Positions 47,050-55,763 of a stretch of 64,000 nt of DNA are shown here, one piece after another (within the stretch, counting starts at the first letter, position 1; every line of letters begins with the position of its first letter). Position numbers and translations under genes: made by a program. The stretch is from IMG/VR virus record IMGVR_UViG_3300042542_006078; one strand, given 5' to 3'. The notes under the pieces were generated by a model. It searched no databases and was not told the origin of the DNA. It was given only the letters and a program-made list of their open reading frames with translations. The DNA comes from a virus (Duplodnaviria > Caudoviricetes).

Positions 47050-48560
47050 CCCCCATAACCAAAATTAAAAACAACAAAATATCTATAAAACCAATATTAA
47101 CAATAATCCAAAATAACAAGATATTACCATATCATCAAAACCACAACAAACCAAATCCATATCATCAAAACACAAAACACAACAAATTTCACCAGTAGAG
47201 TACTCTACAACCATTCACATTCACAATTTATCACATTAACATTCACAATTTATTCACAATTTCATAAACCACAATTTCATAAATCACAATTCATCCACAA
47301 TTCCATATCTCACAATTCATCCACAATTAATCATATACATAAAATAAATTCTTTACAAAAAGACACATAGAAGACAATTATTCGCAAAAACGACCCAAAC
47401 ACCAAATAAAAATAATTGTGAGCTAAAAAGGCCAAAATAAGGCCTCTAAAACCCAAATCAATAAACAAACATTAATCCCAATCATAAAAACAAAACAAAT
47501 AATCAAATCTGTTCACAATAAGATCAAATCAATAAACACAAAACTTCTATCACAAAAAAAACTAATTAAGAACCAAAATTTCACACAAATACAAAAAATC
47601 AATCACAACAAAAAACACAAAAACTAAAAATCAATAAGAAATAAAAATCAAATTAAATAATAAACCAATAATCGTAAATTGTGATCAAATATAAAAGAAC
47701 ACAAAAAACATAAAGATATTCATCAATATCACATAAATCAATCACAATTTACATCAATTTACATCAAAGAATAATCAACAATTAAACAACCTTATAAAAA
47801 CAATAATCAACAAATATAAAATTCACAATTTACATGATAATAGGACTTTCACAAAAAAACCTTAAATCATAGATTGTATGCAGCAATTCATTTTTTTATA
47901 ATCCAATTTTATTCTTTTGGTGAGAAAGTAAGAGAAAAAATTGTAATTTTGTGAAGGTTATAAGTTGTTTCTGTGAAAGGCGTGAATTGTATTTTGATGG
48001 GTTTGATTGGAAAATAGGTCAAAAATGGGCCTAGCCGCCGCCCCATTTTTTTACCATTTTACATAGTTTTTTTATGATTAAGGATATTATTTGATGATTA
48101 ATTTGATGTAAAATCCACTTAAAAAGTAGATTTTTGATTTATTTTATGATTTTCTTTTTGTTTTTTTGGATAAATGATCAAATATTGAGTTAATTCTTAA
48201 AAAAATGTAAAATAAATCATAAAGAAATGAAAAAAGGCGATGATTATTGTATTTTTTGTTTATTTTTGGTCAAATTGTTGATAAAACTGTGATTTTCTTG
48301 GTGATTTTGTTGATTATGTGATTATAATTGCAAAAAATATGTGTTTAGAAGGAGATTGGAGTTGTGTTTTGTAATTTGTTGGTTATTTCTTTGTGATTTC
48401 TTTGTGATTTTGAGGTTAAAACACAAAAAAACCTTTATTTTATGATTAATTTGTTTAAGATTAATTTGTTTTATTTTAAGATTAGATTAATCTTAAAGAA
48501 ATGGTTGATTTTGTGATGTAATCTGGTTTACGCACTTGTACTTTGCTTGAATACTTGTAC
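47050..48560. other. Candidate replication origin / non-coding control region
   Basis: About 1.5 kb without ORFs, very AT-rich; A/C-rich left of about 47870 and G/T-rich right of it; clustered CACAAT(T) on the left and TTGTGA on the right. Confidence 0.55.
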
Positions 48561-48645
48561 TTTTTGTTCAATTGATTTTTTACGCACTTGTACTCTGGGT
48601 TGTTTTTCTTGTTTTCCATGTATATGAGGTTGGGAAATGTCAAAG

Positions 48646-48680
48646 AAACTGCTTCGGAGACGGAAGAAGCAAAGCCGATA
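48646..48680 (+). promoter_or_regulatory. 35-bp motif copy 4
   Basis: AAACTGCTTCGGAGACGGAAGAAGCAAAGCCGATA, 40 nt before ATG 48721. Confidence 0.75.
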
Positions 48681-48720
48681 TATGGTTGTTGGCAAGGAGT
48701 GGTGAAAAGGAGTGTGAGAG

Positions 48721-49050
48721 ATGCGATTCCAGACAGAACTTTTCAGTTTTGATGGTATGAGTCTTTACTACGACAACAAGTTTGTCGCCAGATTCAAGTA
48801 TATGAAGAGTAATATGTCAGGATTTCGTAGTTTTCTGATGAAGAACTTCGATGTTGATGAGTATTTTGCCAGATTGGCAGATCATTGTGGTGGAAAAGGC
48901 AAAGAATCGCCTTTGGAAATTCTTGAGAGCAAGGGTTTTGTTCTCAATCACATCAAGAAATGGTTGAAGAGGGATGGTTACCAGCCTAATTCAGAAGGAT
49001 ATCGTCTCTGGAGAGAATATCAGAGGCAAAAAATTGCACAAAGTCGATAA
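48721..49050 (+). CDS. Hypothetical protein
   Basis: 109 aa; SD AAGGAG. Confidence 0.75.
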   Translation: MRFQTELFSFDGMSLYYDNKFVARFKYMKSNMSGFRSFLMKNFDVDEYFARLADHCGGKGKESPLEILESKGFVLNHIKKWLKRDGYQPNSEGYRLWREYQRQKIAQSR

Positions 49051-49058
49051 ATGGAAAG

Positions 49059-49093
49059 AAACTGCTTCGGATTCGGAAGAAGCAAAGCCGATA
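49059..49093 (+). promoter_or_regulatory. 35-bp motif copy 5
   Basis: AAACTGCTTCGGATTCGGAAGAAGCAAAGCCGATA. Confidence 0.75.
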
Positions 49094-49133
49094 TATGGGT
49101 GTTCGATATTTTAACAATGATCTGAAGTAGAAA

Positions 49134-49168
49134 AAACTGCTTCGGATTCGGAAGAAGCAAAGCCGATA
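49134..49168 (+). promoter_or_regulatory. 35-bp motif copy 6
   Basis: Identical to copy 5, 75 bp downstream. Confidence 0.75.
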
Positions 49169-49235
49169 TATGGGTGTGAAGACGATCACAACTTCGTGGT
49201 TGTCTTTTTTTTGGTTTTTCATGGAGGGTTTCGCA

Positions 49236-49547
49236 ATGGCTAATGTTGCTAAGAAGGTTTCTAAGAAGGTTGCCAAGGTTGGTCGTCCTAAGAAGTTTAC
49301 TTCTGAACAGGTTCGTCTTTTCAAGTCTGTTGTTCGTGAGTTTGGTCTTACTGGAGCTATTCCGGTACTTCTAGAGAAGGGTCTGAGCGTTTCAGCACCG
49401 ACTCTGAGCAAGTACATCTCGACTGGAGCAGGAGGTCGTCCTCCTGTTCGATTGAAGAGGGGTCGTCCTCGTAAGGTCGAGACTAATCAGGTTGTTTCTT
49501 CTGTCGAAGAAGTAAAAGTTGAAGCAACTGTTGAAGCAGTTGCCTAA
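49236..49547 (+). CDS. Small basic DNA-binding protein with AT-hook-like motifs
   Basis: KVGRPKK, GGRPP, KRGRPRK; SD GGAGG. Confidence 0.7.
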   Translation: MANVAKKVSKKVAKVGRPKKFTSEQVRLFKSVVREFGLTGAIPVLLEKGLSVSAPTLSKYISTGAGGRPPVRLKRGRPRKVETNQVVSSVEEVKVEATVEAVA

Positions 49548-49576
49548 TTTTTAACGATAACCCAAAGGAGTATGAC

Positions 49577-49783
49577 ATGCCTAAGAAGAAACTGGTTCGT
49601 CGGGAGTTTTACATTCAGGAAACTGGTCAGGGTTACGATGTGATGGTAGTGGTTCTTGGTGTTGATGGTTATGAGTATTGTCATGGGCAATTCTTCTGCA
49701 AGAAATATGCAGAAGATATCTTGAGTGATCTCAATGAGGCCGAGACTCGTAAGCAGGAAGCTGCTTACGAACTTAACGGTTGA
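49577..49783 (+). CDS. Hypothetical protein
   Basis: 68 aa; SD AAGGAG. Confidence 0.7.
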   Translation: MPKKKLVRREFYIQETGQGYDVMVVVLGVDGYEYCHGQFFCKKYAEDILSDLNEAETRKQEAAYELNG

Positions 49784-49797
49784 TTATTTAGGATTCA

Positions 49798-49866
49798 AGG
49801 GTGGCATAGTTAACTCTATGCCACCCTTTTTCATGCGATTTTTTACCAAAAGGAGTGTGTGATATG
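49798..49866 (+). repeat. Hairpin+RBS cassette repeat copy 1
   Basis: AGGGTGGCATAG-TTAACT-CTATGCCACCCT TTTTCATGCGATTTTTTACCAAAAGGAGTGTGTGATATG. Confidence 0.9.
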
Positions 49867-50118
49867 AGTCGTAACGAAATGTTTTGCAGGCTTGACGAAG
49901 CGGTTATCACCGATGACGGGGATTTCATCCCTAAAAGAACGCCAGTACGGGTTTTGTATTGGAGTACAGAAGCAGAAGGATTGATTCGGGTCGAACCTAC
50001 AGCCCATATGTATTCTGACTCTTGTGATGATGAATTTCATTCATTTATTGGAACTGGACTGTTAATCGATGTCAAGCCTAGTGCCTTAACTTTTAGTTCT
50101 TGTGACAAAGGAGAATGA
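49864..50118 (+). CDS. Hypothetical protein, paralog of 50494 gene
   Basis: NEMFCRL...TPVRVLYWS...FIGTG.LIDVKP.ALTFSS shared. Confidence 0.78.
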   Translation: MSRNEMFCRLDEAVITDDGDFIPKRTPVRVLYWSTEAEGLIRVEPTAHMYSDSCDDEFHSFIGTGLLIDVKPSALTFSSCDKGE

Positions 50119-50119
50119 T

Positions 50120-50401
50120 ATGGCAAAGTATGAAGTGATCTTTGAAGAGATTCTGCATCATAAGGTAGAGGTGGAAGGAAATAGCCTAAAAGAGGCGAAG
50201 GAGAAAGCGTGCGAAATTGTAATGTACGGTCCTGAGACCGATTATGATACAGAAAGCTTAGGGACACAATTAATTTCGGCTGAAGGCGAAGACGGTGAAG
50301 ACGGTGAAGACGGTGAAGACGGTGAAGACGGTGAAGACGGCCAAGGTGAAGACGGCCAAGGTGAAGGCGAAGACGGTGCCGATGAAGACGGTGCCGATTA
50401 A
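50120..50401 (+). CDS. DpnD/PcfM-like small protein with acidic EDG-repeat tail
   Basis: YEVIFEEILHHKVEVEGNSLKEAKEKA; 9-bp GAAGACGGT repeats. Confidence 0.7.
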   Translation: MAKYEVIFEEILHHKVEVEGNSLKEAKEKACEIVMYGPETDYDTESLGTQLISAEGEDGEDGEDGEDGEDGEDGQGEDGQGEGEDGADEDGAD

Positions 50402-50428
50402 TTCAGTATTAGTAAACTAACAATTTTA

Positions 50429-50496
50429 AGGGTGGCATAGAGTTAACTCTATGCCACCCTTTTTCATGCGATTAACCCAAAGGAGTGTGTGATATG
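50429..50496 (+). repeat. Hairpin+RBS cassette repeat copy 2 (contains a 34-bp perfect palindrome, 50428-50461)
   Basis: AAGGGTGGCATAGAGTT-AACTCTATGCCACCCTT. Confidence 0.9.
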
Positions 50497-50757
50497 GCAA
50501 AGGATAACGAAATGTTTTGCAGGCTTAAATGGACACATGTGACCGAAGATGGCGATTACATCCCTCAGGGCACACCAGTACGGGTTTTGTATTGGAGTCC
50601 AGACACGGACTCAGGATTGCTGCGGGTCGAAGCTACAGCCTATATGTATTGTGAATGTGATGATAATGATGATTTTCGATCATTTATTGGAACTGGAATG
50701 CTGATTGATGTTAAGCCTAATGCCTTAACTTTTAGTTCTTTTCACAAAGGAGAATGA
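50494..50757 (+). CDS. Hypothetical protein, paralog of 49864 gene
   Basis: As above. Confidence 0.78.
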   Translation: MAKDNEMFCRLKWTHVTEDGDYIPQGTPVRVLYWSPDTDSGLLRVEATAYMYCECDDNDDFRSFIGTGMLIDVKPNALTFSSFHKGE

Positions 50758-50758
50758 T

Positions 50759-51106
50759 ATGATCGAGATTAAGAACATTAATCATAATCATGAACTATTG
50801 AATGTTGCCGAGGAAATTATTGACAACAATTTCACATCTTGTAACTGTGGCGATGAGTGCAATGGCACTTGTACGCATAGCAAGTTGATGCTGGCCATAG
50901 CTAATGCCAAGAGGGACAAGAAACAAAATAAAGCTTCCTTAGAGGAAAGGGTTGAAGCGTTAGAGAAATTATACTTCTTGGTATCAGAGCCTACAGAGGC
51001 AAGGGTTGAAGCGATAGAGAAATATATCGTCGAAAAAACTGAGTCTATTTGTAAATTTGGTATGTTAGAACACTCTAAAATTAGCCGGTTGTTCGGTAGT
51101 AAATGA
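50759..51106 (+). CDS. Hypothetical protein with CNCGDEC...C.H motif
   Basis: SD AAGGAG; Cys cluster. Confidence 0.7.
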   Translation: MIEIKNINHNHELLNVAEEIIDNNFTSCNCGDECNGTCTHSKLMLAIANAKRDKKQNKASLEERVEALEKLYFLVSEPTEARVEAIEKYIVEKTESICKFGMLEHSKISRLFGSK

Positions 51107-51155
51107 AAAATAACCAAAAGTATTGTGTGAATGTGTAACAATTCCGAATTAGAAA

Positions 51156-51190
51156 AAACTTCTTCGGAATCCAGAGAAGCAAAGCCGATA
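51156..51190 (+). promoter_or_regulatory. 35-bp motif copy 7
   Basis: AAACTTCTTCGGAATCCAGAGAAGCAAAGCCGATA. Confidence 0.7.
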
Positions 51191-51258
51191 GTATGGTGTG
51201 GAGACAATCACAACTTCGTGGTTGTCTTGTGTTGCAGAAGGGTAGAAGGAGTAATGAT

Positions 51259-51528
51259 ATGGCACACACAGAAGAAGATCATTTGTTTGCTCTTTCCGGC
51301 GAATTCGCCGTTTCAAGCCACTTGAAACCAATTTTTGCGGGACGAAAAAACACCATTATTGGTTTTGAACTGCCAGATGGTCGTAAAGTTAAACTCATAG
51401 TTGGTTTAGAACTGGAAAATGAAGTCAATGGTGATTATGATCACATTACTTCAGCGAAAGGAATGCAGGACTTGGGTTTTGGTTTGATTGATTACCATAT
51501 GAGTTCTTTTGAGCCAAAAGGAGTATGA
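51259..51528 (+). CDS. Hypothetical protein
   Basis: SD AAGGAG before ATG 51259. Confidence 0.7.
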   Translation: MAHTEEDHLFALSGEFAVSSHLKPIFAGRKNTIIGFELPDGRKVKLIVGLELENEVNGDYDHITSAKGMQDLGFGLIDYHMSSFEPKGV

Positions 51529-51558
51529 TTAAATCTTATAATGTTGATTAATATTTCA

Positions 51559-51627
51559 AGGGTGGCATAGTTAACTCTATGCCACCCTTTTTCATGCGAT
51601 TTTTTACCCAAAGGAGTTTGTGCTATG
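51559..51627 (+). repeat. Hairpin+RBS cassette repeat copy 3
   Basis: Same unit, ends at ATG 51625. Confidence 0.9.
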
Positions 51628-51882
51628 ATTGATACTTCTTGTTGTGTAAGATACCATCTTAATAAATTAGAGTATCTATCTTACAAAGGACGCTCTTATA
51701 TTAAATTAGAAAGGGGTAAAATGGTATTCTGGGGTAGTAGTGTCCCGTACTTTGTCATTGAATGGCAACCGGAAAATGGTCCCGGTGCGTACTGGCTCGT
51801 TAATGGTGCTGGCGAATCTGCTGTCGCAGCACCAAGTGAATTAACAGAGTACCCAATCAACCAGAAGATTGATGTTGAATGA
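51625..51882 (+). CDS. Hypothetical protein
   Basis: 85 aa, starts at the cassette ATG. Confidence 0.7.
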   Translation: MIDTSCCVRYHLNKLEYLSYKGRSYIKLERGKMVFWGSSVPYFVIEWQPENGPGAYWLVNGAGESAVAAPSELTEYPINQKIDVE

Positions 51883-51890
51883 TTGAGGAC

Positions 51891-51959
51891 AGGGTGGCAT
51901 AGTTAACTCTATGCCACCCTTTTTCATGCGATTTTTTACCCAAAGGAGTGTGTGATATG
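51891..51959 (+). repeat. Hairpin+RBS cassette repeat copy 4
   Basis: Same unit, ends at ATG 51957. Confidence 0.9.
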
Positions 51960-52745
51960 TCTACTCGTGGAACTTATCAATTCGATTCTGGTCATAATCA
52001 TGAAGGAATTACAACTGTGTACATTCATCATGACAATTATCCGAAAGGAGCGGCACGGTATTTTTACGAAACTCTTATCAATCCTTCTAAGGGTAATCTA
52101 GCAACCCAATTTATTCGAGCAAACCCCAATTCAGAAATCACAGATAGTCATGAACCTTATGCAAAGCCTTATATTCATGGCGATACCAAATATCAATACT
52201 ACATTGATGGAAATGATGCAGGGGCAATTGTGAGTGTTTATGAGGTCGATTTGAAATTGATGGGTCAAGAAGGCATTCCTAAAAAGGAATTGTGTCTTCT
52301 AGATTCATTACCTCTTTACGAGTTTATCAACAAGTATATTGATGATTCAGAAATTGAAATAATCGTTCCTGTTTCCTTTAATGAAATTCCTCATGAATGT
52401 ACGATTTATTTGAACAAAGAATTGGCTAGGAAAGAATTAGCTAGGAAAGGTTTGCCAGATGAAGTGAAAAAAGTTATTCGCAATTACATTGGAGATATTG
52501 GTAAGAGTAAATTTTTTGAAACTGTTTGCATTGTTCCAAACATGATTGTTCTTGTTGCTCCTACAGGTGAGTCAATTGACATCAGGATTCGTGATGAAAA
52601 ATTGCTCATCATGGTGAATACCGATTCACCAGAAAATCCTTCTTCCTACACCGAGGAATGGGAAAGAAATAAATATCAAACAAATCCAAAAGATAAAATT
52701 TACTATCAAAGAATATCACTTCCTTGTTCTAAGAGAGAGAGTTAA
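51957..52745 (+). CDS. Conserved phage hypothetical protein (MSTR...Y.H.DxYP family)
   Basis: MSTRGTY...VYIHHDNYPKG. Confidence 0.7.
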   Translation: MSTRGTYQFDSGHNHEGITTVYIHHDNYPKGAARYFYETLINPSKGNLATQFIRANPNSEITDSHEPYAKPYIHGDTKYQYYIDGNDAGAIVSVYEVDLKLMGQEGIPKKELCLLDSLPLYEFINKYIDDSEIEIIVPVSFNEIPHECTIYLNKELARKELARKGLPDEVKKVIRNYIGDIGKSKFFETVCIVPNMIVLVAPTGESIDIRIRDEKLLIMVNTDSPENPSSYTEEWERNKYQTNPKDKIYYQRISLPCSKRES

Positions 52746-52763
52746 AAATATATCATGAGGTAT

Positions 52764-52792
52764 ATCCTTGTGGAGTATTCCACAAGGATTTT
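52764..52792. terminator. Hairpin (terminator or operator)
   Basis: ATCCTTGTGGA-GTAT-TCCACAAGGAT plus T run. Confidence 0.55.
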
Positions 52793-52843
52793 GATTTTAT
52801 TGATTTGATAAAACGAGGTATTTGGTTTTAAGGAAGGTGATTA

Positions 52844-54052
52844 ATGGAACAGCCTCATTTTATATTTTTTGGGGAAGGCGATTCTCTGAGAAGAAAAGCG
52901 CCAACTGAGGAAGAGAAGTTGGTTCTTGTAGACAGGAAAGCCAAAGAGAGTCCTTTTCACAAGTTTGTTGGAAACGACAAGGCAGTGAAGAAGTTGCAGG
53001 TTGCGGCCTATCATGCTTTGGGTCACCCTAATCACATGATGAGGGATTTGAGCTTTAGCATATTTGGGCCAGCAAGTGCAGGAAAGACGACTTTGGCAAG
53101 GATCTATGGTGAAGCAGTAAGGCTCCCATTCATCGAAATAAGTCCAAAGGGTGTTAAGGCCCTTGATGATGTATTCGACTTTATAGACGGTGTTTTAAGC
53201 CGTGCAGGTATTGGATTGGTTGATTTAGATGAAGGCAAGCATGTTTTGCCTCCCTGTGTTTTGTTCTTTGACGAGGTCCATGCTTTATCTGATGGAATCA
53301 TTCAAGGTTTGCTCAAGGCTACCGAGTTTGGCGATGCCATCATGCAGACAGAGAGCGGAAGGATTCTGGACACATATGCGGCAACATGGATGGTTGCCAC
53401 TACAGATGAGGGAAAGTTATTTGATGCATTTAGGACTAGGTTTAATCCAATTCATCTTCAATATCTTGGCAAGAAGGATGTTGCGAAGATTGTAGGAAAT
53501 AATCATCCTGATTTGTCTGAGGAAGTCTGCAACCTTGTTTCTCATTATAATCCAAGGGTTCCTAGGCAGGCATTACAATTTGCTAGGTACATGGAAATGT
53601 ATAGGAAAATGCATAATGACATGTCGTGGAAAGAAATAGCCAAGTCGGTGGCTAATGACGAAGGAATCAATGAATATGGATTCAATGAGAATCAGATGAA
53701 GGTTTTGAAGAACCTCGAGGGTGGCGCTCTCAGTAAAAAGAACTTGGCTACGATGATTGGAAGGAAGGAAGAGGAGCTTGAGAATTACATTATTCCAACA
53801 TTGATTGCAGAAACAGAAGATCAGAGTTCTCTGATTAAGAGCAGTACCAGAGGTTATATTCTTACTGATGAAGGAAGTCGTCTCTTAGTTGACATGAGGT
53901 TGTTTGACCAGTTAGCTCATGATCCGAATGGTCCTTCTGTCAACATTGATCCCAAGTATGTAATTGTGGAAGTACTTAAAAGACTTGGTAGTGAAGAACA
54001 AAAGAAATCATTCATGAAAAGTCTGATCAAAGAAATCGAATCTATGATTTGA
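52844..54052 (+). CDS. ruvB: RuvB-like AAA+ ATPase (Holliday junction branch migration family)
   Basis: GPASAGKTTLA, LFFDEVH, ATT, RTRF Arg finger, PRQA, C-terminal winged helix ending RGYILT. Confidence 0.7.
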   Translation: MEQPHFIFFGEGDSLRRKAPTEEEKLVLVDRKAKESPFHKFVGNDKAVKKLQVAAYHALGHPNHMMRDLSFSIFGPASAGKTTLARIYGEAVRLPFIEISPKGVKALDDVFDFIDGVLSRAGIGLVDLDEGKHVLPPCVLFFDEVHALSDGIIQGLLKATEFGDAIMQTESGRILDTYAATWMVATTDEGKLFDAFRTRFNPIHLQYLGKKDVAKIVGNNHPDLSEEVCNLVSHYNPRVPRQALQFARYMEMYRKMHNDMSWKEIAKSVANDEGINEYGFNENQMKVLKNLEGGALSKKNLATMIGRKEEELENYIIPTLIAETEDQSSLIKSSTRGYILTDEGSRLLVDMRLFDQLAHDPNGPSVNIDPKYVIVEVLKRLGSEEQKKSFMKSLIKEIESMI

Positions 54053-54123
54053 TTTCTTTGAATCAAGGTTAACAATAAGAGAATCCATATGGATTCTCTT
54101 ATTTTATTTTCAGTTGGTTGCAG

Positions 54124-54160
54124 AGTACAAGTGCGTAAGTTGATTTTACGCACTTGTACT
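54124..54160. promoter_or_regulatory. 15-bp inverted repeat, candidate operator
   Basis: AGTACAAGTGCGTAA-N7-TTACGCACTTGTACT; same half-site at 48528 and 48580. Confidence 0.6.
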
Positions 54161-54182
54161 TTGTCTTCATCGTGATTTTTTG

Positions 54183-54217
54183 AAACTGCTTCGGATTGGC
54201 AAGAAGCAAAGCCGATA
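54183..54217 (+). promoter_or_regulatory. 35-bp motif copy 8
   Basis: AAACTGCTTCGGATTGGCAAGAAGCAAAGCCGATA. Confidence 0.75.
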
Positions 54218-54254
54218 TATGGGTGCAACCAATCATGTTGATCACTAATTCTTG

Positions 54255-54289
54255 AAACTGCTTCGGATTGGGAAGAAGCAAAGCCGATA
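54255..54289 (+). promoter_or_regulatory. 35-bp motif copy 9
   Basis: AAACTGCTTCGGATTGGGAAGAAGCAAAGCCGATA, then SD and ATG 54309. Confidence 0.75.
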
Positions 54290-54308
54290 TATGGTTGAGG
54301 AGAATTCA

Positions 54309-54644
54309 ATGCCAGAAGACAACAAGGTCAAGACTTCTGAATGTATTGCTGGTGATATAGTTTACACAAATTTTGCGGGGTTGAGTCAGAATTACGAACC
54401 TCGTGATTGTGCATTTTTCCATTTGTTCAAGTGGAAGGTTATTCTTCCTGAGTATTCATTGTGTGCCAGAATCCAAGATAATGGTTCTTTTGATGAGAAG
54501 CCAGTAATCATGGAAGAGTGCTACAAGACTAAGAAAGAAGCACTCTTTGCTTGTGCCCAAAGGCTACAAAGTTTTGTTGACAATATATCAGGTACTATCA
54601 ATAAGGCACTTGAGCAGGCAATGCTCATCATTGATAAGGAGTAA
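54309..54644 (+). CDS. Hypothetical protein
   Basis: SD GAGGAG before ATG 54309. Confidence 0.7.
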   Translation: MPEDNKVKTSECIAGDIVYTNFAGLSQNYEPRDCAFFHLFKWKVILPEYSLCARIQDNGSFDEKPVIMEECYKTKKEALFACAQRLQSFVDNISGTINKALEQAMLIIDKE

Positions 54645-54647
54645 ATC

Positions 54648-55763
54648 ATGAGTAGTTTGGTTGATTCTTTGAAGAATTCTCATTTCATTTACGACTTTGG
54701 GAATGGTGTTTCCAAACCTGTTCATTATGTCAATCGTGATAGTTCGGGTAGGTGGAATTTGGCACTTCCTTATTGCAGGGAAGAAACTGGCAAGTACATT
54801 GCTGGCCAAAGGGAAGAAAGCGGTAATATCCGTTTTTATATCAGCAAGTCTGATATGAATTTCGCAACCATTGATGAAATGGCAGAATGGTGCGTTCAAA
54901 ATGATCGTAGTATTGTTTATCGACTTTCTTCTCAATCCAACGATTCTTTCAAGGTTGATTATGAAACGATAATTGGTTTGAGGTCTAAAAAACCAACAAC
55001 TGCCAACATCAATTCTTTTCTCAATGCAATTGGTTTGGGATTCGTCAATGTCACAAGAGCTAGGAAAAACAGAAGATTATCAGGTCGTGTTGATTATGAT
55101 CGTCTTGATTTAACTTATAGCATCAACAATTCAACACAAAACAGTTTAAGACAACGAAATTTTAATCTTGAATACTATGACGAAAAATCTTTTCACTTAT
55201 TCAGTTCTTTATTGAAGGTTTTGACTCTACATCATTCTGATTCAATAGTTCAAGACAACAATTACTTTCTTGGTTTAAGCAACTTTGGTCGTGATAGTTA
55301 TGATTTAGTTTTGGGTCATTTTTTAAGGTCTATAAAGACCCAGAATTGTACGAGTAATAATTTTGATCAGAATTCTTTTGATCCCGAAAGGTTAGGTGAA
55401 ATCAACAAGTTTCTTTTCCCTGCCCAGTCTATAATGCTTGCTCATATTTCATCTCAGGTTTTGAATAATCTTGACAAGTATCAATTAGATCCAATGAATC
55501 CTAGTCTTTATATTAAATCGACAGTTGTTGATTCTTGGGGATTGAAAATTAATTATACAAACCAAGGGGCAAATCCTATTCATTATGGATTTGACCATTT
55601 CTACTGTTCTGATTATGGATATTCTCCAAAAAGATTTATCTCAGGTTTTGTTAGAAATAGTCCTGTTGTGGAAAAGGTGAAAGAGCTTTTCCAGATGTCT
55701 GTTTCTAGAATGGATGAATGGAGGAGCAATCTTGCTTCAAGGTTGAAGAGGACTTCATCATGA
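54648..55763 (+). CDS. Hypothetical protein upstream of the ubiquitin-like module
   Basis: 371 aa; SD AAGGAG; ATGA-coupled to the next ORF. Confidence 0.75.
   Translation: MSSLVDSLKNSHFIYDFGNGVSKPVHYVNRDSSGRWNLALPYCREETGKYIAGQREESGNIRFYISKSDMNFATIDEMAEWCVQNDRSIVYRLSSQSNDSFKVDYETIIGLRSKKPTTANINSFLNAIGLGFVNVTRARKNRRLSGRVDYDRLDLTYSINNSTQNSLRQRNFNLEYYDEKSFHLFSSLLKVLTLHHSDSIVQDNNYFLGLSNFGRDSYDLVLGHFLRSIKTQNCTSNNFDQNSFDPERLGEINKFLFPAQSIMLAHISSQVLNNLDKYQLDPMNPSLYIKSTVVDSWGLKINYTNQGANPIHYGFDHFYCSDYGYSPKRFISGFVRNSPVVEKVKELFQMSVSRMDEWRSNLASRLKRTSS

Noticed and set aside
49059-49168. 35-bp repeats with about 37-52 nt spacers as CRISPR mini-arrays (also 11322-11443 and 54183-54289)
   Set aside because: At most two copies in tandem, seven solitary copies before genes or a tRNA, a freely variable central hexamer, a sigma28-like -10, and no cas genes in the window; a promoter fits better
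49798-51959. Hairpin cassette repeats as a CRISPR array or integron attC sites
   Set aside because: Intervening segments are 260-1060 bp of whole genes; no attC GTTRRRY cores and no integrase in the window
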